Source: a virus
Taxonomy: Duplodnaviria > Caudoviricetes
IMG/VR virus record: IMGVR_UViG_3300031994_000043
Span: 45,450-109,449 of that record
Direction: 5' to 3' (one strand)
Length of the DNA stretch: 64,000 nt
The notes beneath the pieces were generated by a model, which searched no databases, had not been told where the DNA came from, and saw nothing but the letters and a program-made list of their open reading frames with translations. Made by a program: the position numbers and the translations under genes. Below, in pieces: positions 48,695-56,246 of the stretch; position 1 is the first letter of the stretch; each line of letters opens with the position of its first letter.

Positions 48695-49123
48695 TTATTC
48701 TTCTCCGTATAATCTTTCTTGTTCTGCATCCATTTCGTCTGCAAAATCACCTTCTTTAATTTTCTTATTAATATCAGCTAAAACATATTTCATACAAGTT
48801 TTACCAATATCAGTTGCCATAAATTTATCAGTATTTCCATCATCAAATACTGTAGTATCATAATGATTTTTATTGAAATCTTTTTGAACCAATATAATTG
48901 TTGGCTCACCATTTAATGAAAATTTGTAATTTTCACCAACGCCTACATCTCGTTCAGCACCATATACTTCATAGTTAATTTCAGCAGAATATAAGATATA
49001 ATAATCTGAGCCGTCTATTGTTGGTTCAATTTCATATTCGTGTTCAAAGGAACCACTAATAATGTTTTCAACCAACATATATCCTTTGCCATTCAAAAAT
49101 TTTTTAGCTTCTCTTAAATCCAT
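48695..49123 (-). CDS. Leader-family protein, unknown cargo
   Basis: MDLREAKKFLNGKGYMLVE. Confidence 0.75.
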   Translation of the reverse strand: MDLREAKKFLNGKGYMLVENIISGSFEHEYEIEPTIDGSDYYILYSAEINYEVYGAERDVGVGENYKFSLNGEPTIILVQKDFNKNHYDTTVFDDGNTDKFMATDIGKTCMKYVLADINKKIKEGDFADEMDAEQERLYGEE

Positions 49124-49133
49124 TTTAATTACC

Positions 49134-50003
49134 TCATTTTAATTTAATAATCAATCTGTCAAACACGGTTTCGCCATTTAGTTTAAGTTTTCCATCTACG
49201 CCTAGAATTTCAAACGGCAAGTTATCCGGGTCCACATTTTGTAAAATACTTACTGGCACACCAAGTACTTCGTCTGTGTCAGGTATTGCTCTCTGTGACT
49301 TTACAGAAATAATATCTGCGTTGTCAAATTTAGGGAATTTTTCCTCATCATATTCAACCAAATTCAAAGGTTTATATGATTTATTGACTGGAAGATTTGT
49401 GTACCAAGCACAATAGACGTGTTTATCCTTAGCACCTTCAGGTCTATAAAAATTACCAACTGTTGTATAACCATATCTCAATCTGTGGTTCATATACAAA
49501 TTCAAGCAAGTTGGTTTAGACATTTTAATCGGTGTACACAACATAATAAAAGGTTTACTCTTATATGTTTCAACAATTTTATTGAACAAACTAAAAGGTG
49601 GATTTGTTACGATTACATCGGCTTTCTTTGCTAATGCTTGACATTCAGGACTTGTACAGTCACCGTTACCCTTTAAAGGATGGTCAATGCGTTTATCTCC
49701 ATAGTATTCAGTCCAATAGGTATCTCCGCTGGTTTCATAATGAGAAGAAATCAAACCTTTCAAACCGAGAGAATCAAAATTTTCTTCAAAATACTTGTAG
49801 AAATTAGACCATTCAGGGTTGTCGCAGCAACAATAAACGATTTTTCCACCGAAATTGTAATGTTTAAGTTCTTTTACAATATCCTTCATATAAGTGTAAA
49901 ATTCGTCATCTTTGCTTTTTGCGGCTTGGTTCAAAACGTGTTTCTGTTTTTCCACTAAATAGCCTTTAGAACGCAAAAATTGTGTAGCTTCGGATAATTT
50001 CAT
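49134..50003 (-). CDS. EcoRI-family adenine DNA methyltransferase fused to the leader
   Basis: DEFYT, VYCCCD, SNFYKYF, GNGD, DVIVTNPPFSLF, GVPVS; leader MKLSEATQFLRSKGYLVE. Confidence 0.85.
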   Translation of the reverse strand: MKLSEATQFLRSKGYLVEKQKHVLNQAAKSKDDEFYTYMKDIVKELKHYNFGGKIVYCCCDNPEWSNFYKYFEENFDSLGLKGLISSHYETSGDTYWTEYYGDKRIDHPLKGNGDCTSPECQALAKKADVIVTNPPFSLFNKIVETYKSKPFIMLCTPIKMSKPTCLNLYMNHRLRYGYTTVGNFYRPEGAKDKHVYCAWYTNLPVNKSYKPLNLVEYDEEKFPKFDNADIISVKSQRAIPDTDEVLGVPVSILQNVDPDNLPFEILGVDGKLKLNGETVFDRLIIKLK

Positions 50004-50013
50004 ACTATATTTA

Positions 50014-50079
50014 TGTAAATTTTATTTTACAAGTTTTTACAGAAAATCCATTGACAAACTGCCACAAATTATCTATATT
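50014..50079 (+). promoter_or_regulatory. Sigma70-type early promoter with upstream dyad
   Basis: TGTAAA-N6-TTTACA (50014-50031), TTGACA (50051-50056)-17 bp-TATATT (50074-50079). Confidence 0.85.
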
Positions 50080-50111
50080 TACTATGTAAACAAGAAAACA
50101 AGAGGTTCCAA

Positions 50112-50537
50112 ATGAAAGTTAATCAACTCGCCACTATTATGAAACTCACCCCGCTCCAGCACTTTGGTTACATTTTCAAGATTAGCCAGCACGGTCTTGG
50201 TGTGGTTGAAGAAACAAAGAAAATTGCGTCAGACATTTGGAAGCAGAAGTTCGTCTATATCAATATGGCTCAGTCGGATATGTACGATGTTCATCTCCTG
50301 CTTGTTGAACACGCAAAAGAAATGGAGCCGACCACTTTCTTCTTTGACGAAATGGAAAAGATTACCGAAGAAATGAGAAACTTTATTTTTAATCGTTTCT
50401 CTATCAACCGAGAAGATTACATCCACCCGGATTGCCACGTCATTTACGGTTCCAACGAAAATACTGAGTATTACCAGGCAGATGATTGGAACGATTATAT
50501 TTTGTGCCACGGTATGGTTTTGAACATTGAAAAGTAA
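50112..50537 (+). CDS. Degenerate MoxR-type AAA+ domain protein
   Basis: SQHGLGVVE (Walker A without Lys), FFFDEM (Walker B), HVIYGSN (sensor 1). Confidence 0.55.
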   Translation: MKVNQLATIMKLTPLQHFGYIFKISQHGLGVVEETKKIASDIWKQKFVYINMAQSDMYDVHLLLVEHAKEMEPTTFFFDEMEKITEEMRNFIFNRFSINREDYIHPDCHVIYGSNENTEYYQADDWNDYILCHGMVLNIEK

Positions 50538-50560
50538 AATTTTTGTTGTTACCTCGTAAT

Positions 50561-50590
50561 AAAGCGGGAGTGTTTTTCACTCCCGCTTTT
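50561..50590. terminator. Bidirectional terminator (repeat family with 63603-63631)
   Basis: AAAGCGGGAGTG-TTTTT-CACTCCCGCTTT. Confidence 0.85.
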
Positions 50591-50593
50591 CCA

Positions 50594-51778
50594 TTAAATG
50601 AAATTGTTATTTCCTCCATCTATCATACACAGCCATTCTTGTGCGTGTTTGTTACTCTCCATCCAATAACCATTTTCATTTATAAAATTGTACTGCCAGT
50701 TTAATACTTCATTGTAGTTTTCTTTCTTACACAAATTAAAGAATATGTTATCTATATCTTCAACTGTGGCAGTATCAAGAACCTTACATTTTGGGTTAAT
50801 TTCTTCGTAAGGAGACCATTTGTCATCACTGAAGACTGTTCCCAAAAGAATAGTTCCAGCAGCACAACTTTCTGTGTGTCGCAATGCTGATTTACATTTG
50901 TTAAACACATTAGAAACAAGCGGAGCAATCTGGAAATCGGCACCCAAGCTCATTACCAATCGTGGATAACTTTGAGAATCTACCCATTGAACGAAACGAA
51001 TCTTATCTTTAATTGGTTCCCAGAACCAAGGCAAAGCACCCATACAGATAAAATCTATTTTGTTCTCATTGACGTTCTTAATCACCCAGTCGCACCAAGC
51101 ATTATTCATATCACCTTTCAAAGGAGTAATGCCAGGAAATCCATTTGGCTCTTGTGGACTTGGTTTTCTAGCTGGAACAGGGTTTCTGTAATGACAAGGA
51201 GAACCACTATACAAAACCTTTGGCTTTACCAAGTCTTCAGTCTTATTTGCTTTTCGTGGATAATTCCATAAGAAACGAGGGACAACATTACGAATAACGT
51301 GTATCTTCTGTTCTGGAATTTGGAATCTCTCAATGATTTTCAACTTCAAAAATTCTGTTGAAACAACCATTTCGTCAAACAAAGGAAAAGTCTGTTCAGC
51401 AACGGCAGTTGTTCCCTTTATATCAAAATGTAGAGAAGCCGTATTATAGTCAGGAATACCTTGTCCGTCAATCTCCCAGACTTGGTCATCAAATTCCGAA
51501 ACAAGTTTATAACCAAACTTTGGCTGTAGAGCTTTGTATCGTCTAACCATTTCCAAATGAACAGGAGTTACAGGTCTTTGAATGACAATAGCCTTAGTTC
51601 TAGCAAGATACATCGGATCAAAAATAGGAATTGGAGTAATCACTGGTGTAAATCCAAAGTGTTCGTGACCGCAATACCAAAGAGCATTGTGGCGAAGACG
51701 GATGTGAGAACAACCCGAACTGTCACCAACAATAAGTATCACCAATGATTTACCATCATTCATATTAGCATTTAACAT
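50594..51778 (-). CDS. Glycosyltransferase (GT-B-like)
   Basis: SGCSHIR, IVIQR, EFDD, VSTEFL, IAPLVSNVFNKCKS. Confidence 0.75.
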   Translation of the reverse strand: MLNANMNDGKSLVILIVGDSSGCSHIRLRHNALWYCGHEHFGFTPVITPIPIFDPMYLARTKAIVIQRPVTPVHLEMVRRYKALQPKFGYKLVSEFDDQVWEIDGQGIPDYNTASLHFDIKGTTAVAEQTFPLFDEMVVSTEFLKLKIIERFQIPEQKIHVIRNVVPRFLWNYPRKANKTEDLVKPKVLYSGSPCHYRNPVPARKPSPQEPNGFPGITPLKGDMNNAWCDWVIKNVNENKIDFICMGALPWFWEPIKDKIRFVQWVDSQSYPRLVMSLGADFQIAPLVSNVFNKCKSALRHTESCAAGTILLGTVFSDDKWSPYEEINPKCKVLDTATVEDIDNIFFNLCKKENYNEVLNWQYNFINENGYWMESNKHAQEWLCMIDGGNNNFI

Positions 51779-51858
51779 TAAATTCACCTCAAATTATTTA
51801 ATTATAAAAATATAGTAATTTATTAGTTATCAGTTCAATTTTTTCTATTTATATGAAC

Positions 51859-52887
51859 TTATTTATCCAAGTCCTGTAATGTATCTCTAGCAACATTGAC
51901 GTCTTTCTTCAATGCAGCAATATCAAGTTTCTGCTGGTCACGCTGTTTAATCAAAGGTTGTTTAATTTTGAGAATTAAATAATTCTTGGTCTTTTCATCC
52001 AAATTAGCAGCAATCTTTTTAATCAAGAAACTAGCATTTTCAGGGTTAGTGAATGTAACATCTTCAGGTTTCAAAATCTTACCATTGAAAATAAGTTCTA
52101 CTGCTTTCTTAACCATTTCAATTTCAGCAAGGTCGGAATCACTCAAACTCTGGATAACAGAAGCGAGAGACTGCATAGCACCTTCAACGTCGTAGATACA
52201 TTCACCACTTGGGGTATCACTCAATGTAACGTCATCAGGATTTGCAGCACCCTTTGTGAAGTCAGGGTCATCTTCCCAATCGTCAAGGTTCAATTCGCCA
52301 TTATCGGAATCGTCTCCTTCACCAGTGCCACCTTCGGTGTCACCACCATCGGAATCACCGCTATCGGAATCTCCACCACCTGCGTCATCACCGAATGGGT
52401 CTCCACCAGCGTCATCTCCACCGAAATCGTCATCACCACCACCGGCATCGTCACCGCCAGCATCGTCAGCAAATGGGTCATCGTCGGCTTCAGTCAATTT
52501 AATTTTATCTTGTTCCAAATCCGAAGACATATCAATCTTTTCTAGTTTTTCGGCTAGAAATGCTTTGAAATCTATCATTGTGTTCTCCTTTGTATATACT
52601 TCTTTAATACGATTAACTATATCGCATTTCTTTTTGTTTTTAATGTTGGATATAGTTAAGTAGTCAAAAAACATTCTTGCTACTTTAGCATTCGGTTTAG
52701 TTAATAGAACTGTCATACTATGAGCATCTTCGTCAATTAAATACTTGACGATTAGTTCTAATAAATCTTCATATTTGCTTTGAGCCTCTTCCATTAGTTC
52801 AGGAGAGAACTTTTTAGAAATCTGGCTAAAGAACCTTCTAAAATAACCATCTCTTTGTTGTATTCTATAATAAACCGAAAACTTCAT
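51859..52887 (-). CDS. Acidic Gly/Asp-rich probable head protein; strong internal start at 52578
   Basis: AAGGAG SD before MIDFKAFLAE; DDAGG repeats. Confidence 0.6.
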   Translation of the reverse strand: MKFSVYYRIQQRDGYFRRFFSQISKKFSPELMEEAQSKYEDLLELIVKYLIDEDAHSMTVLLTKPNAKVARMFFDYLTISNIKNKKKCDIVNRIKEVYTKENTMIDFKAFLAEKLEKIDMSSDLEQDKIKLTEADDDPFADDAGGDDAGGGDDDFGGDDAGGDPFGDDAGGGDSDSGDSDGGDTEGGTGEGDDSDNGELNLDDWEDDPDFTKGAANPDDVTLSDTPSGECIYDVEGAMQSLASVIQSLSDSDLAEIEMVKKAVELIFNGKILKPEDVTFTNPENASFLIKKIAANLDEKTKNYLILKIKQPLIKQRDQQKLDIAALKKDVNVARDTLQDLDK

Positions 52888-52892
52888 ATCAC

Positions 52893-53450
52893 TTAATCAA
52901 AATTAAACTTAGGTAAATCCTTAACATCTGTTATTACATCACCAGTTTCGCCCATTTCGTCAATAACCTTGTCTAACAGGTCTTTGGAAGTCATATTATA
53001 TGTATTGTTGTTAATCTGGGTAACATTTTGTGGAACATTACCTCTAGCACCAGCTTCAATTCGTTTCAAAGCATTTTGCTGCTTAAGTTCAATTTCTTGT
53101 CTTCTCATATCTTCTTTGGATTCAACAATCTGATAGTCAGTAATTTGTCTATTCAAGTCTGCCAAGTGCATAATGTCTTCTGATATAGTCATAGACAATT
53201 TCGCATAGACTTCAAACATTCTAGGTGGAGCACCGACCTTACAACAGTTCTTTAATTCTTCACAAACTATTCTGTTTGACTCAATTCTATCTTGAAGTTC
53301 AGTTTTCATATATTCTAAATCTTCAAGCGAATACTTTTGAGTTTTGGCTGATTTTTTAGGAACAACCTTTTCTTCTTTATCTTCCATATCTTCAATATCG
53401 TTATCTATATTGAATGTATCGTTTAATGTATCAAAGCTTTTATAGTCCAT
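52893..53450 (-). CDS. gp16: Terminase small subunit
   Basis: PRMFEVYAKL, NNNTY..TSKDLL. Confidence 0.7.
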   Translation of the reverse strand: MDYKSFDTLNDTFNIDNDIEDMEDKEEKVVPKKSAKTQKYSLEDLEYMKTELQDRIESNRIVCEELKNCCKVGAPPRMFEVYAKLSMTISEDIMHLADLNRQITDYQIVESKEDMRRQEIELKQQNALKRIEAGARGNVPQNVTQINNNTYNMTSKDLLDKVIDEMGETGDVITDVKDLPKFNFD

Positions 53451-53661
53451 CTTTCATATCCTCAATCATTTCATTAAAGTTATTTATCTCATTTTCAAGG
53501 TTAGTTTTATTTTCTTCTAATACAGATTTAATATCTTCGTCATCGCATTGTGCGATTGCTTCTTCAAGCTCATTTATAGATTCTTGACATTTTTTAATGA
53601 GTTCGTTACATTCATTTGTCATATATCTATATGCTTTTTGTTGTTTTGTTAATTTTGTCAT
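53440..53661 (-). CDS. Small coiled-coil protein
   Basis: 73 aa, overlaps gp16 start. Confidence 0.65.
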   Translation of the reverse strand: MTKLTKQQKAYRYMTNECNELIKKCQESINELEEAIAQCDDEDIKSVLEENKTNLENEINNFNEMIEDMKDGL

Positions 53662-53678
53662 AATTTATGTATAATAGC

Positions 53679-53703
53679 AAAAAGTGCTCTTTTGGAGCAC
53701 TTT
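53679..53703 (-). terminator. Intrinsic terminator
   Basis: AAAGTGCTC-TTTTG-GAGCACTTT. Confidence 0.75.
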
Positions 53704-53728
53704 CGCCATAATAGAAATTTTGAGTAAA

Positions 53729-54517
53729 TTACTTTCCGAATTTCTTATTGAATGCTTCGGTCTTTAATTTAGTTTTGGCAGCATCAATGCGTTGTCTAAT
53801 TTTAGCATTGACTACAGCCATTATCTTATCTTCAAGTTTGTCATAGCGACCTTCATTTAGATAGGAAATCAAATAACCACTATTTTCAGCGAGTATTCCA
53901 CCCTTCTTACAATACTTGTTATAAGCTTCACTCTTTGTTTCATCTGCGGGAGCTTCTTCGGAAGTTTCTTCTGATGTTTCCTCTCCACCTTCTTCCGATG
54001 TTTCTTCACCACCCTCGGAGGTTTCTTCACCACCTTCTTCAGTGGTTTCTTCCGTTCCTTCTTCTGGTTCGGCAGTTTCTTCAGTGGTTTCACTTTCGCC
54101 TTCACCTTCAGCTGGAGTTTCTTCACCACCAACATCTTCACCATTTGTCTTTTTCAACTGGTCTGTCAATGTTTGGAGCTGAGCTGTCAATGTTGCGATA
54201 GCATCCTTCAATTCGTTCATTTGGCCTTCGTCACCTTCTTCAACTCCGGTTTCTTCCTTAGTTTCGCCTTCAAAATCGTCATCCAAACCGTCATCTTCTG
54301 TGGTTTCTTCTTCACCACCTTCTTCGGAAACATCGGTGTCTTCAGGAGCTTTTTCTTCAGCAGGGGCTTCTTCTGTTGTTTCTTCGGATGTTTCTTCGGA
54401 TTCAGCAGCAGGAGCTTCGTCCTCTGCAGCTACTGGCTTTTCTTCTTCGCCATCAAGAAAGCCTTCGTCAAGCTTTCTTTTCTTCCACTGTTCAAATTTT
54501 AAATCAAGATTTTTCAT
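53729..54517 (-). CDS. Highly acidic prohead-core-like protein (EEGGEETS repeats)
   Basis: Glu-rich repeats, several [LI]xE sites, late promoter 54547-54554. Confidence 0.65.
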   Translation of the reverse strand: MKNLDLKFEQWKKRKLDEGFLDGEEEKPVAAEDEAPAAESEETSEETTEEAPAEEKAPEDTDVSEEGGEEETTEDDGLDDDFEGETKEETGVEEGDEGQMNELKDAIATLTAQLQTLTDQLKKTNGEDVGGEETPAEGEGESETTEETAEPEEGTEETTEEGGEETSEGGEETSEEGGEETSEETSEEAPADETKSEAYNKYCKKGGILAENSGYLISYLNEGRYDKLEDKIMAVVNAKIRQRIDAAKTKLKTEAFNKKFGK

Positions 54518-54567
54518 AAATTTCTCCAAAATTTTCTATTATACTATATTTATAATACTTCCTACTT

Positions 54568-54966
54568 TTATAGATTTTTGGTGTAAACCTTGAAAACATC
54601 ACTCTTTTTAATCAAATCAAATACCTTATGAACATTATAACTAGCCATAAAGTCTTTTTCTTCCATAGCAAGATCCGTTTCAAAATTCTGTAAGTATTCA
54701 TTTATATATTCTATTGCGTTCTTTTTAACAGTATCTGTCGCAAACAAATTCATAAATGTAATTGGGCTATATTTCTTTTCAAGAACTTTTATATTGAGAG
54801 ACTTGGTATTTTCTTCAATGAAATTTATCAAATTCATCAATTCTTGGTCTTGTTTGACAGTTTCGGGCTCAGCCTTAACTAACTTAGGAATGATAAAAAG
54901 ATAGAATAATGGGTTATCTTCTTTCTTATAAAATTCTGTGGATTCTTTCAAATAATTTCTTAACAT
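54568..54966 (-). CDS. Hypothetical protein
   Basis: N-terminus MLRNYLKE; AGGA SD. Confidence 0.7.
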   Translation of the reverse strand: MLRNYLKESTEFYKKEDNPLFYLFIIPKLVKAEPETVKQDQELMNLINFIEENTKSLNIKVLEKKYSPITFMNLFATDTVKKNAIEYINEYLQNFETDLAMEEKDFMASYNVHKVFDLIKKSDVFKVYTKNL

Positions 54967-54974
54967 AATTTATC

Positions 54975-55298
54975 CTATTTATCATCGTATTTGGCTGCTA
55001 TTCTTTCCAAAGCAAGTGCCATACTATTTAGAGTATTCTTCATTTCCTTAATATCTTCTTTAATGCCAGTAGTTTCTGACATTAAATACTTGACATCCTT
55101 TTCTAAAAGCTGTTTAGATGTCTTTTCTTCTTGAAGTTGGTTTGTCAAATCATCTATTTGCTTTTGTAATTGAGCAGTATCGTCATTTCGTTTTTCCGAA
55201 GTCTGCTTACGCTGAAAATAGATTACCAGATAAACAATACCTGCTGCAATCACGCCTAAAGGACCACTAGCTGCTAATTGTTGTATGATTTCTTCCAT
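54975..55298 (-). CDS. Single-TM coiled-coil protein (holin-like candidate)
   Basis: N-terminal TM GPLGVIAAGIVYLVIYF followed by coiled coil. Confidence 0.5.
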   Translation of the reverse strand: MEEIIQQLAASGPLGVIAAGIVYLVIYFQRKQTSEKRNDDTAQLQKQIDDLTNQLQEEKTSKQLLEKDVKYLMSETTGIKEDIKEMKNTLNSMALALERIAAKYDDK

Positions 55299-55302
55299 TA
55301 TA

Positions 55303-56223
55303 CTATCCTATATATTTTTCATTAACGGAATAATACATTCGGTTTGGCTCTTTATAATTAGTTAATTGCCCTGATGTAGTTGGGGTGTTTATCTTTACCC
55401 ATGTCAAATCTGTTCCGCTAATAGGTGGAGGTGGGTTTAAATTCTTCAAAATCCATTGAATTAAGTCGCCGTGGTTATTCAAAGTTATATCCTGGTCATT
55501 GTCTTTTTTGTTAATAGCATTGAATAAGGTCTTTAAGTATGGGTTTGTGCCATCACTATCTGTTGTTGCTGACAAACTCATCCAGTTCTGTTTTCCGTCT
55601 TCTGTATATAGTTTTTTATAACCACTATAAGTCTTATTCAATAAGGCAATAAAATCTTCGTAATTTTTGACAGTATATGGGGCACCAGTGGTTCCATCAC
55701 CCTTAATGGTGTTTGGGTCAAAATAAATTTTGACTTGTTTTGCGAATGCAGCACTCAAAGCAGAAATGGCACTTGTATTCGCATTTATATTACCACTGTA
55801 ATTTACAGCACTATTCCAATTAGCACTATTTGACGAAACTGTCTTATATGTGCTATCCCAATTAGCACTATTGGAACTCAAAAGATTAGTAAGGTCATTC
55901 AATCCACTTACTTTGTTCCAATTAGCGGAATTAGCGCTGGTAGTAAGATAATCATCATTCCATAAATCAGCACTAGCAGCAATAGCTGAATAAGAAGATA
56001 TATTTTCCCAATCTATTGCCGTTAGACCTGAAAGGCTAGAAATAGAGTTCCATACTTCTACATCGTCAGGTGTTACACAAACACAATCATCGTCTTGGTC
56101 GCAACAACCTTCCCAAGGAGCCACAGAGTAAGCTGGCTCTGTGTCATTCCACCAACGGTCGTGTGGATGACGTGGATAATATGGATATGGATGTGGTCCT
56201 GGTGGAAATCTATTATCTGGCAT
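55303..56223 (-). CDS. Fibre/collar-like virion protein with NSANW repeats
   Basis: TSANSANW, SSNSANW x2, GDGT..AP; CATAAATA promoter 56244-56251. Confidence 0.6.
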   Translation of the reverse strand: MPDNRFPPGPHPYPYYPRHPHDRWWNDTEPAYSVAPWEGCCDQDDDCVCVTPDDVEVWNSISSLSGLTAIDWENISSYSAIAASADLWNDDYLTTSANSANWNKVSGLNDLTNLLSSNSANWDSTYKTVSSNSANWNSAVNYSGNINANTSAISALSAAFAKQVKIYFDPNTIKGDGTTGAPYTVKNYEDFIALLNKTYSGYKKLYTEDGKQNWMSLSATTDSDGTNPYLKTLFNAINKKDNDQDITLNNHGDLIQWILKNLNPPPPISGTDLTWVKINTPTTSGQLTNYKEPNRMYYSVNEKYIG

Positions 56224-56246
56224 ATTCAAATCTCTCTATAATGTAT

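Noticed and set aside
53960-54060. Short tandem nucleotide repeats (also near 52380-52470 and 55800-55940)
   Set aside because: Explained by low-complexity protein repeats (EEGGEETS, DDAGG, NSANW)
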